Assembly (NCBI GenBank): GCA_044440125.1
Contig: JBITAJ010000028.1
Coordinates: forward strand, 160,001-224,000
Direction of reading: 5' to 3'
Length of the DNA: 64,000 nt
Source of the DNA: Sedimentisphaeraceae bacterium JB056
GTDB taxonomy: Bacteria; Planctomycetota; Phycisphaerae; Sedimentisphaerales; Sedimentisphaeraceae
Shown: one piece after another, positions 1 through 9,194 of the stretch
Layout: every line of letters begins with the position of its first letter
Position numbering within the stretch: the first letter of the stretch is position 1
The notes under the pieces: model-generated
What the model was told of the DNA's origin: nothing
Database searches by the model: none
Seen by the model: the letters and a program-made list of their open reading frames with translations, nothing else
Position numbers and translations under genes: made by a program

Positions 1-1
1 G

Positions 2-1900
2 TGTAACATCTGTAGCTGATAATGACTCCGAATCGAATGGATACAGAACACTTGCACGTGATGTCACATCCTGAGGTTCTGTCAAATAAGTTAACGGCAA
101 ACCTGACTTCCCAAGTAAGAACAATTCATTTACCGCATCGCCGCAAAGAGCCTCGTTGTAAATAGAAAACTCATCAATCTCGCCCGTAAATCTATTAGCT
201 GCTAATTCATCAGTTCTTCCACCTAACATGAAACTTGCAGAACAATCGTAAGTATCATTACAAGATAACCATGTTGAATACGGCTTATGATCATCTGAGG
301 TAATAGACCGTATACTTATACTCACCAAATCTCCAATATAGCGAGCAACACAGTGATTCCATTGATCAGCTCTATATGGGCAACTGTTAACAATCTGATA
401 TTGAGAGTTATTGTCAGTATCTCTAACTAAAACATCAACCTGACCAACAGAAGGCGCAGCAGCTATCCACCAGCTACGGTTATTGATACCGGCTGTGGCT
501 TTAGATGCAACAAGAAGATAACCGCTTTCCGCGTCAGTCTTAAACCAAAAACTTATTGTCCAACTGTCACCATTTTTACCAAGATCTAAAGCACTATCAT
601 CACCAGTACGATAAAGCTTCCCAAAATAATTAGGATCGCTGTTATCTATCGAAACACACTCTTCAACTAATCCAGAAATATAGCTTATTGTACCTGAAGA
701 GGATTCCTGCAAATCAAGTCCGCCATATGTAGCCGTAGAATCTTCATCAAAAGCCCAGTAATAATCAGGAGCAACATAAGATGTAGTTATCTCATCTGTG
801 GTAAACTCCCAAAGATCACCCTTAACAATTCCGTTATTAGAAATCTCATCAACACGCCAATAATAAGTTGTTGATGCACTCAGACTCGACAGAACATAAG
901 AATTTGTAGTCTGATTGCCTAAATATTCGTTTGAGTTTGTATCAGCACTCAATACAGTCGCCGCATTTTGCCCCATATATAAATCATGACTTGTCGCAAC
1001 GTCTCCAGACTGCCAACTTAAGAAACTCTTTGAATGGATATTATCTGCCCCATCATAAGGAACAGGAACACTTGCCATAACATCCACCAAAGTTTTTTTC
1101 ATCTGACCTTTCTGAAAAACATCCGTAACCTCGGAACTCTGAAGACAGCTTGACCAAACTGCCAGTTCATCAACTGCACCACTGAATCTTTCTGAAGAAA
1201 CAGAATCACTTCTTCCACCGATGGTAAATTCAGCACTTGTGGAAATACATGTATTACATTGAAAACCTTGCCATGAACCACTATAGAAATTGAAGGTTCC
1301 TGAAGTAACAACGGCAGATTCAATCACATAAGCAAGGCCTGAATATCTGGCAACTACCAAATTCCACTCTCCTAATTCCAGCGGCGTATCGGATGTAAAA
1401 GCAGTACTCCATGCACAGTTACTCCCAAACATCCTCAACCTCGCATACATAACACCAGATTCTGTTTGTGACTCTACCATGCTAATCGCAAATGTACCGG
1501 ATGATGTACCATCTGTCATTGCAGCTTTGGTGACAATATATTTCTCTCCACTGTTGCAATCAGTATCAGGTTTGACCCAAACGCTGAGAGTAAAAGCTCT
1601 GTCAACAGGAAGACCTGAGCTCGCATATCCCAATGCCAAATCATTGGCATCTGAGACATAAACCCTTTCAAATGTACTGCCGCTATTATCCAGCACAAGA
1701 TAATCAGCAACCAAAGGTGAAGCATCATCAAAAGAAACAGATACGCCCGAAGGCTCTGACAGATCAAATCCACTTATCGGCTCTTTAAGATGATTATCAA
1801 AATTCCAATAACAATCCGGATCAGCAACTACCAGTTGATAATCAAACAACAGGAACAGTAGGATACAAAAATAGATTTTCAGACGAGATGTTTTTTTCAT
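2..1900 (-). CDS. Secreted LamG/concanavalin-like multidomain protein, 3'-partial (runs off the left edge; absent from the ORF track)
   Basis: Hand translation from ATG at 1900 (AAGGAG RBS upstream) gives MKKTSRLKIYFCILLFLLFDYQLVVADPDCYWNFDNH, a signal peptide plus LamG-type YWxFD. The same frame near 898-845 reads YVLSSLSASTTYYWRVDEI. Frame spot-checked, not translated in full. Confidence 0.85.
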   Translation of the reverse strand, partial: MKKTSRLKIYFCILLFLLFDYQLVVADPDCYWNFDNHLKEPISGFDLSEPSGVSVSFDDASPLVADYLVLDNSGSTFERVYVSDANDLALGYASSGLPVDRAFTLSVWVKPDTDCNSGEKYIVTKAAMTDGTSSGTFAISMVESQTESGVMYARLRMFGSNCAWSTAFTSDTPLELGEWNLVVARYSGLAYVIESAVVTSGTFNFYSGSWQGFQCNTCISTSAEFTIGGRSDSVSSERFSGAVDELAVWSSCLQSSEVTDVFQKGQMKKTLVDVMASVPVPYDGADNIHSKSFLSWQSGDVATSHDLYMGQNAATVLSADTNSNEYLGNQTTNSYVLSSLSASTTYYWRVDEISNNGIVKGDLWEFTTDEITTSYVAPDYYWAFDEDSTATYGGLDLQESSSGTISYISGLVEECVSIDNSDPNYFGKLYRTGDDSALDLGKNGDSWTISFWFKTDAESGYLLVASKATAGINNRSWWIAAAPSVGQVDVLVRDTDNNSQYQIVNSCPYRADQWNHCVARYIGDLVSISIRSITSDDHKPYSTWLSCNDTYDCSASFMLGGRTDELAANRFTGEIDEFSIYNEALCGDAVNELFLLGKSGLPLTYLTEPQDVTSRASVLYPFDSESLSATDVT

Positions 1901-2101
1901 TTCTTACTCCTTAAAAATAATACTTTACAGAATGACTTCAAAACACATATGATAGTCAATTATTCATGTATGCTATAATCAAAGCGCAGAGATAGCGTAT
2001 CAAGCATTAATAAGCTTAATTAAAAACAATGAAAATATCGAAAATGAATCAATAGGCCAACACCACAACCAAAACATGTTAGCTTAACAGGCAAATAAGA
2101 T

Positions 2102-4240
2102 TTATATAACACTACCTGTCTGCAGTTGCTCAAAGCAGTTCGTCATATTCAAAATATCATGCTGATCATAGCTGCTGACATTCAACTTGCCAGGATTAAA
2201 TTTTTCAACCTCAAGCACAAGCACTTCATACTGGCCGACATCAACATGACCATTACATGTCTTACCTGTCAGTAAAGAAACAGCTTTAGAACGCATATCA
2301 ATCCAGCCCATTTTCCCCATAGTCTCAACAACTATTATGTATTTCTTTTCAACTCCCTGTCGACAAACAACTGTCAAATTATGCGAATTATCAAAATAAG
2401 ATTTCACACCACCTAACTGACAACTTTGTTCTATGATATAACCAAGACTTTGCGAATCAGGGATAGTTCCAAGCATTATCACCCAACCATCTCCAAGTTT
2501 TTTCTTTACAACACTGCTTAAGCCGCAAAGCTGTCCGGAAGTATACTTCACCAAAGAATCTCTATCATCAGTAACAAAAGCATCGTACCAGCCAGCCCCT
2601 TTGAATTCTCTACCGTTACACTGTTCCATTTGTTGCTCGAATGGATAACCTGGGAGCTGATATTTACTATAAATATCAAGCCACTTCTCCAGATGCCCGT
2701 AATTACAATCAGCATATGCCGTGGAATTCTGTGTACGCAGATCAGTAAGAGGCCCTGCCACCCAAACGCCACCGGAAGCAACCCATTTATATATATCAGA
2801 CTCAAGACCCTGCTCTTCTATGTTAGGTAGAAATGGACTGAATATAACTTTATAATCATCAAGTTTTTTGCCTGGCTGAATAACATCCGGTCTTATCCCG
2901 CTGCTGTGAATCGGCAGATAAAAATCATGAATAAGTCGTTTAAAATAATCGAAATCATCTATCATCGGCTGGAACTTAAAGTGCCACCACGAAAACTGAG
3001 AAAAATGCAAAGCAACTTCCGAAGATACAACTCTCGTATTATTCAGTATATCGGCACATTCCTTCAACTCTTTCGAAAGCACTGATACTTCATTCATTGC
3101 ACAAGTTGGCCGACCACTGCTCGAAAGAAGCGAACCATGCATCATCTCATGCCCAGACCTATGAGCACGCCAGAGCCAATAAAGATTGGCTTCTGCACCT
3201 AATGCAAAAGCAAGCCACGAATTCATTCGGGAGAAACCTTGAGCTCTAGCGCCACCAGCCATCGTGATATTTCCATTCCAGCTTACGCCGGTTTCCGTTA
3301 TCCAGAAAGGCTTGTCTTTCAAACCACGCGATAGATCCATCCAAAATGCAGCTTCCCACATATTGCCCGGCTGCGTATAATGATTCTGCTGTACAACATC
3401 AAGCTTCTCTGTCATCAGGAAATGACTGAGACCACCCTGCGTTATAGTATCGGTACCTATTGGCTGGTTAACTTTTGATTTAAGTATATCAGCCTGAAAG
3501 TGACAGTATTCGATATTGCTTTGTGACTGAAAAAGCATCCATGCAACAAGAAGTGAAGGATGATGCCAAGTATCTGGACGCGGTGGATCTATCTGACAAA
3601 AATCCTGATACCTGATAGACCAGAAATTCGTACCCCACTGTTGATTCAACTCTTCAATTGTTGTAAATTTCTGCCGTAACGATTTTCTGAATTTTGTCTT
3701 ACATACCTCACAATAACAGCCTCGGTCAGATGCACCAAGAACTTTAGATGGATATATCTCATTATCTATTTGCCAGCCTATAACATTTTCATACCTTCCC
3801 AACTCATCAGACATTTTATCAACAATTTTCTTGCAAAATTGTCTATATACCTGACTGTTAGGACAAAAATGCCTTCTTGAACCATGCTGAAGAAAATCAC
3901 CATTTTCACTTACAGCGATACACTCCGGATAATACTTTGCTATCCATATAGGAGGAGTGGCTGTTGGAGTGCCAAGAATAACAGCGATGCCATTATCACG
4001 TAATTTCACTATGACATTGTGTATCCAGTCAAAATCATATTTTCCACATGAAGGTTCTAATATAGACCAAGAAAACTCAGCAATACGAACAGCATTTATA
4101 CCTGCATCCTTCATCAACGCAATGTCTTTATCTACCTGGTCATCAGACCAGGTCTCTGGGTAATAGGCCGCACCTATATATGGAGGAGAAAATTTTTCAA
4201 TACTTTTTTTCATACGCTTATGATTCTTGATTTCATTCAA
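2102..4240 (-). CDS. GH42-family beta-galactosidase
   Basis: GAAYYPE, RIAEFSWS, TPTATPP, WQIDNE (acid/base), CYCEVC Zn motif, ITET (nucleophile) and a C-terminal trimerisation-type domain; no signal peptide. Start may be the later Met (MKKSIEK). Confidence 0.88.
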   Translation of the reverse strand: MNEIKNHKRMKKSIEKFSPPYIGAAYYPETWSDDQVDKDIALMKDAGINAVRIAEFSWSILEPSCGKYDFDWIHNVIVKLRDNGIAVILGTPTATPPIWIAKYYPECIAVSENGDFLQHGSRRHFCPNSQVYRQFCKKIVDKMSDELGRYENVIGWQIDNEIYPSKVLGASDRGCYCEVCKTKFRKSLRQKFTTIEELNQQWGTNFWSIRYQDFCQIDPPRPDTWHHPSLLVAWMLFQSQSNIEYCHFQADILKSKVNQPIGTDTITQGGLSHFLMTEKLDVVQQNHYTQPGNMWEAAFWMDLSRGLKDKPFWITETGVSWNGNITMAGGARAQGFSRMNSWLAFALGAEANLYWLWRAHRSGHEMMHGSLLSSSGRPTCAMNEVSVLSKELKECADILNNTRVVSSEVALHFSQFSWWHFKFQPMIDDFDYFKRLIHDFYLPIHSSGIRPDVIQPGKKLDDYKVIFSPFLPNIEEQGLESDIYKWVASGGVWVAGPLTDLRTQNSTAYADCNYGHLEKWLDIYSKYQLPGYPFEQQMEQCNGREFKGAGWYDAFVTDDRDSLVKYTSGQLCGLSSVVKKKLGDGWVIMLGTIPDSQSLGYIIEQSCQLGGVKSYFDNSHNLTVVCRQGVEKKYIIVVETMGKMGWIDMRSKAVSLLTGKTCNGHVDVGQYEVLVLEVEKFNPGKLNVSSYDQHDILNMTNCFEQLQTGSVI

Positions 4241-5795
4241 TTATATTCTCATTTTGAGACCAGTATGTAAGCCCTGCTGTCTGGCGTTCTGACGGAGGGG
4301 TTGTGAAGATACTTACAAGATATCCGACACTACACGTCGCAAGTACACCAAAAACAATCGGCCATACAAATGACACGTGAATCGGCTGACCATCCACAAT
4401 TTTGACCCATCCATAATTAGTCCAGAATGTCACTACAGAACCTATAACCGCCCCCACGATAACACCTTTTGAATTTGCTCGCGGAACAAGAAGCCCAAGC
4501 AGAAATATTCCAAGCAGAGGCCCTGAGAACAAACCTAAAACTTTAGTACTTAGCCTCATTATGTTTTCTGTCGAAGAAACATAAATAAAAACCGCAAGCC
4601 CTGTAGTAATAAGTCCCCATAGAATTGTCCAGAATCTCGCCCACCACACATTCTGATCGTCAGTATACTGCTTCTTGCCAAGTCTTATCTGAAAATCTGT
4701 CATAGTAACCGTTGCCAGGCAGTTCATTCCAGAGTCTACAGTTGAAAGTATTGCCGCAATTATTGCCGCAATAAAAAGACCTGCAAGACCATGTGGCATC
4801 TGAGTCACAATAAAATAAGGTAAAATACCATTACTTCCAACACTTTCAATGTCTATAGCATCGGGATATACATGATAAAAAGCAAACAATCCCATCGCTA
4901 CACCAGTGAGTATCAAACCTATTACAATAGAGCCTATAACATTAACCCATAACGCTTTCGCTGAAGCTTTAACAGAACCGGTAGTAAGGTAACGCTGCAC
5001 GGTCAATTGGTCAGAGCCCTTCTGAGCCATATCATTAAAGAAGAATCCTATCAATAACCCAAAGAATGTTGTCTTCTCAAAGAAGTCGAAAGACCAATAC
5101 TTCGGATTGGAAAGATAAGAAAAATCCTTCCCCTGTTCAAAGGTGATTTTTACTACTTCTGAAAACCCTCCATCAATACGACCAAATGCCGTAAAACAAA
5201 TCCAGATAATACCAATATACACCACTACTATCTGAATAACATCTGTCCATATAACGGCCTTCATACCGCCAAGCACTGCAAATGCTGCTGAAAACACACC
5301 AACGCCAATTATAAGCCATATCATATCAACCTTGCCGCCTAATGCCGGCATGAGTATTATAGCCGAAGCATATATAACAACACCTATATACATTCCGCGT
5401 ATCATCATAAAAAGAAAACTTGCTACAAGACGCACTGCAAGACAGAATCTTTTTTCAAGATATTCATAAGCGCTGGTTAGTTCAAGTTTAACAAATGTCG
5501 CAACAAAAAACTTAACAACAAAAAATGTAACGAGAATAGAAGCAATCCACCACAAGCCAAACATTACATGCCCGTTTTCAAAAAATTCAGCAGGAGCTCC
5601 AGTTATACTTATAGCACTAAGTAATGTCGCAAGTATTGAAAGCCCCACTGCCATCCACGGCATATTACGTGAAGCCATAAAAAAATCTTTCAGTGTCTTC
5701 TGCTCTTTTACGAAAAGAGTTGCGACACCAAGAATAGCAAACAAATATCCTATTAGAACGATGTAATCAAGCCAGTTAAATCCTGTGTTCATCAT
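4233..5795 (-). CDS. Sodium:solute symporter (SSS family)
   Basis: Many TM segments; SAYEYLEKRF, GGMKAVIWTDVIQ, DQLTVQRYL and AAILSTVDSGMN motifs. Confidence 0.93.
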   Translation of the reverse strand: MMNTGFNWLDYIVLIGYLFAILGVATLFVKEQKTLKDFFMASRNMPWMAVGLSILATLLSAISITGAPAEFFENGHVMFGLWWIASILVTFFVVKFFVATFVKLELTSAYEYLEKRFCLAVRLVASFLFMMIRGMYIGVVIYASAIILMPALGGKVDMIWLIIGVGVFSAAFAVLGGMKAVIWTDVIQIVVVYIGIIWICFTAFGRIDGGFSEVVKITFEQGKDFSYLSNPKYWSFDFFEKTTFFGLLIGFFFNDMAQKGSDQLTVQRYLTTGSVKASAKALWVNVIGSIVIGLILTGVAMGLFAFYHVYPDAIDIESVGSNGILPYFIVTQMPHGLAGLFIAAIIAAILSTVDSGMNCLATVTMTDFQIRLGKKQYTDDQNVWWARFWTILWGLITTGLAVFIYVSSTENIMRLSTKVLGLFSGPLLGIFLLGLLVPRANSKGVIVGAVIGSVVTFWTNYGWVKIVDGQPIHVSFVWPIVFGVLATCSVGYLVSIFTTPPSERQTAGLTYWSQNENIIE

Positions 5796-5811
5796 TTACC
5801 TTTATATCTTA

Positions 5812-6720
5812 CTAATCGAGATTAATCTTCTGCACTCTTTTATTTCCAACTTCAGCCACATACACAGCACTGCCTTCCACGACCAAAGCATGAGGAGTCG
5901 TAAACTGTCCCCATCCATCACCCAGTTGGCCATACTGTGCCAAAATATCACCATCAAAATCACTAATGATTATTGAATGTCTTTCAGGAGTGGTACAGCT
6001 TATATACAGGTTATTTTTGCAGCAGTAAAGTCCAAAAACTTTCCCAAAATGATCAAACTCTCTTACATAATTCCCTTTTAGATCAAAAACCTGAATTCTT
6101 TTATTTGCCCTGTCAGCAACATAAACTAAATCATCATGTATTATTATATTATGCGGATACTTGAATTCACCTTCACCATTGCCCTCTTTGCCCCATTCGA
6201 AAAGATACTTTCCATCTTTGTCAAGACAGACAACCCTACTGTTACCATATCCATCAGCAATATAAATATCACCATTATCAGCAACAGCTATATCAGTAGG
6301 CTTGTTAAAATGCAATTTATCATCACCGGCAACATCACGCTGCCCATATTCTGCAATCACATCACCGTCAAGATTCAGCTTATATATCTGCTGGGTTTCA
6401 ATATCTGTAATCCATAAAAATCCATTACAATACCGAAGACCATGCGGAGATTTCAGGTATTCAGAAGGCATATCAGAAACCATACCGCTAAGCAAATCTA
6501 TCTTGATAAAGGCCTTTTCTGTATTCTGGCAGATATACAGTGTATTACCATAGAGAGCAATCCCAGTTGCGTTATTCTTTACTGAATCTGCATACTTGGA
6601 ATTCCAGTTTACATCAGAGCTGATCTTAGAAGAGTCAAAACTATTGCCGCAACCGGATAGTAGCAGACTTAAAGTCAAAACTGCAGAAAACACAATTTTA
6701 TAGCTTTTATGTACAGTCAT
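5812..6720 (-). CDS. NHL-repeat beta-propeller lipoprotein (peptidyl-alpha-hydroxyglycine lyase-like fold)
   Basis: Lipobox LLLSGC; repeats FNKPTDIAV..IADGYGNSRV, FKYPHNI..VADRANKRIQVF and FTTPHAL..VAEVGNKRVQ. Start taken at MTVHK (6720); the track starts at 6738. Confidence 0.82.
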   Translation of the reverse strand: MTVHKSYKIVFSAVLTLSLLLSGCGNSFDSSKISSDVNWNSKYADSVKNNATGIALYGNTLYICQNTEKAFIKIDLLSGMVSDMPSEYLKSPHGLRYCNGFLWITDIETQQIYKLNLDGDVIAEYGQRDVAGDDKLHFNKPTDIAVADNGDIYIADGYGNSRVVCLDKDGKYLFEWGKEGNGEGEFKYPHNIIIHDDLVYVADRANKRIQVFDLKGNYVREFDHFGKVFGLYCCKNNLYISCTTPERHSIIISDFDGDILAQYGQLGDGWGQFTTPHALVVEGSAVYVAEVGNKRVQKINLD

Positions 6721-6728
6721 CAAATCTC

Positions 6729-7547
6729 TTATCTCCATTTCGGCGGAAGCCTGTAATAATTATATCCATCATTATTTCTATCAGCTTCTATACAATCCTG
6801 AGCAGTCCATGTTTCAACATGACCATCAATATAAGCAGCATTGAGCTTTGTCTTGGGAGGATCATCAAGACCACTATCCATTGCGTAGTATATTTTGAAC
6901 ATCTTCCAGAAATCTCCATACCGGGAGTCACCTTCCTTGCCATCATATGTACCGGCTGTTGCACCCTTGGTATTATGAGGTATCCACCATCTGTCACCAC
7001 CCCATGTCATGAGGAAATCAGTCAACAGCAATGTATCTTTGCCTTTATCTCCTGTATTAAGAGCTTTGTCAGTATCAACCTCTGTAAATACCGGATAGTT
7101 CCACAAAAAGAAATAGGCTGAATTCATTATAGTCACGCTGTCATCGGCAAGGTCTTCACGGTAAACATCCTGCCAGTTATCATCATTAGGACATAACGGA
7201 CATGTCAGATATTCGGGATTATTGAGATAATTGCCAAGAGTTTCTACAAGAGAACCGCTATTGAGCTCATTTGCCGTACCCGCATAATACTTGATCCTGC
7301 AGGGTATAGTATACCAAGGTGAATAATCAGGTCCCTGTCCTTGAATAGTCGGAGGCATTTTGCCGCCATTCTCTGAAGCATACACGCTGACAGCAGTTGC
7401 AAGCGAACGCTGATTATTCTTGCACAAAACAAGCTTAGCCTGTTCTCTTGCCTTTGTAAGTGCAGGCATCATTATTGACATCAGTACAGCAATGATTGAT
7501 ATGACAACTAATAGCTCAATCAATGTAAATGCTTTTTTGTTTTTCAT
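6729..7547 (-). CDS. Prepilin-type N-terminal cleavage/methylation domain protein (planctomycete DUF1559-like)
   Basis: MKNKKAFTLIELLVVISIIAVLMSIMMPALTKAREQAK..C, internal CP, C-terminal NAAYIDGH; TAGGAG RBS before ATG 7547. Confidence 0.9.
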   Translation of the reverse strand: MKNKKAFTLIELLVVISIIAVLMSIMMPALTKAREQAKLVLCKNNQRSLATAVSVYASENGGKMPPTIQGQGPDYSPWYTIPCRIKYYAGTANELNSGSLVETLGNYLNNPEYLTCPLCPNDDNWQDVYREDLADDSVTIMNSAYFFLWNYPVFTEVDTDKALNTGDKGKDTLLLTDFLMTWGGDRWWIPHNTKGATAGTYDGKEGDSRYGDFWKMFKIYYAMDSGLDDPPKTKLNAAYIDGHVETWTAQDCIEADRNNDGYNYYRLPPKWR

Positions 7548-7576
7548 GGATAGTCTCCTATATTTTCGAGATAATA

Positions 7577-9178
7577 TCAATCAACAGAAACAACTGTAAA
7601 ATAGATATTTTTATATGTATTGGTACGCCCGCCTTCGAATAATATTCCAAGTTCTTTCTCTGACAACAAAGCTACGTCCGAATACGCACTTCTGCCGGGA
7701 CATACCAATTTGATTTTCTGCCATGTTTTACCTTTATCTTTGCTCTTCGACACAGTCAAACCAGCTCTATGAGAATCCCATAAAGGCCCTTCTTCGCTGC
7801 CGCCTTTATAACTGCCTGACGCAGGATGAACAGCATAAACAACATCATTATCTACATCAGTGATTATTGAACCCTGACATACAACTGACGGCAACTGTTT
7901 ATTATATTTGGCCTCAGTCCATGTATTTCCTCCATTATCACTGAATGCAAGTTTCTTAAATTCAAGAGGCTTTTCTTTTGATCCATCAGGAAGAATCTTA
8001 TTGCCCGGTCTTATGAACATGCAGCATCCGTTGTCGGCTATTCGAGTCAGCATACATTCATCGCTGTAATCACATATCGTACCTGCCCATTGCCAGTTCT
8101 TTCCGTTATCATCGCTGAATATTGCAGCAGAACTGAACTTGCCTCTAACCTCTTTACTTGCCACCCAGCAAGATGCAAGAAGTCTACCGTTATCAAGCAT
8201 AATTCCATGCCCAGGTCCAGGATGCAAAGCTCCCCAATCATTGCCAACAGTATTCTGTTTCACATCAACTGGCTGCGACCAACTCGCGCCGCTGTCATCA
8301 CTGTATCTGTAATAGATAGCATATTCATCTGCACCCCACCTTTGATAAGTTGTATACACATAATGAATGCGACCTGTTTTTTCATCAAGAATAGGACACG
8401 GATTACTTGCATTGTAATTACCGTTATCGTGAAGCACCTTAAAATCGGACCAGCTTTTTCCATTATCAAAAGAACGTTTGATAACCTGATCGATATTGCC
8501 ATTATCATGCAAGCTGTCGTGTCTACCTTCAGCAAACGCAAGAAGCGTCCCATCCTTAGCTCTTATTATAGCAGGAATACGATAATAAGCATAACCATTT
8601 TCACCACATGTAAACACTTTTACCTTTTGTGGTACAGCTTCAAATTCCCCCTCTACTTCAAGAGACTTTATTGCTACAGAAGCCCCTTCGGAATAAATGC
8701 AAAGCTGTCCTATTGTGTCTCTCTGGTATTCGTTTTCATATACATCCTTGCCGTTAATCATAATTTTGAATGTGCCGGAAACGTTCATGAAAACAAAGTC
8801 ATATTTTTCTGAATCAACGTAATCACTTAATTTTACAGAAAGCGGCTTGTCCTTGAAAGCCCTTACTCCTGTATGACCTCTTGATGTGATTTTATCACTG
8901 CTGCTGTCAAAAATAAATTCATCAGCTCCGATCGCTACAATAAATTTACCATCACTTAAAAATGAGCAATTCACTTTGACGGCAAAACTGCCATAATAAA
9001 ATTCATCCTTAAAAAGCAAAGTCCCATACTCATCATTCAATACAATCTCATTACCAGCAACTGAATAAGAAGACTCTTTGCTCAAATCGCCTAAGACTTT
9101 TCCATCCTGCACAAGCAATGTACCAAATGAAATATTCACTATACAAAAAAACAGTAAAATATAATGTCTGAAATTCAT
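7577..9178 (-). CDS. GH33 sialidase-family hydrolase with N-terminal beta-sandwich domain, secreted
   Basis: Signal peptide; YRIP; Asp-boxes SFDNGKSW, SDDSGASW, SDDNGKNW, SDNGGNTW and SKDKGKTW; catalytic-type DE, R and AYS residues present. Confidence 0.9.
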   Translation of the reverse strand: MNFRHYILLFFCIVNISFGTLLVQDGKVLGDLSKESSYSVAGNEIVLNDEYGTLLFKDEFYYGSFAVKVNCSFLSDGKFIVAIGADEFIFDSSSDKITSRGHTGVRAFKDKPLSVKLSDYVDSEKYDFVFMNVSGTFKIMINGKDVYENEYQRDTIGQLCIYSEGASVAIKSLEVEGEFEAVPQKVKVFTCGENGYAYYRIPAIIRAKDGTLLAFAEGRHDSLHDNGNIDQVIKRSFDNGKSWSDFKVLHDNGNYNASNPCPILDEKTGRIHYVYTTYQRWGADEYAIYYRYSDDSGASWSQPVDVKQNTVGNDWGALHPGPGHGIMLDNGRLLASCWVASKEVRGKFSSAAIFSDDNGKNWQWAGTICDYSDECMLTRIADNGCCMFIRPGNKILPDGSKEKPLEFKKLAFSDNGGNTWTEAKYNKQLPSVVCQGSIITDVDNDVVYAVHPASGSYKGGSEEGPLWDSHRAGLTVSKSKDKGKTWQKIKLVCPGRSAYSDVALLSEKELGILFEGGRTNTYKNIYFTVVSVD

Positions 9179-9194
9179 AATTCCCCTTTAGTAA

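Noticed and set aside
1099..1773. Short track ORFs suggesting a pseudogene or non-coding region at the left edge
   Set aside because: They lie out of frame with or antisense to one long minus-strand gene starting at 1900 that runs off the window.
8090..8812. 240-aa plus-strand ORF
   Set aside because: Antisense shadow of the GH33 gene with no recognisable motifs; the same applies to the other short overlapping track ORFs.
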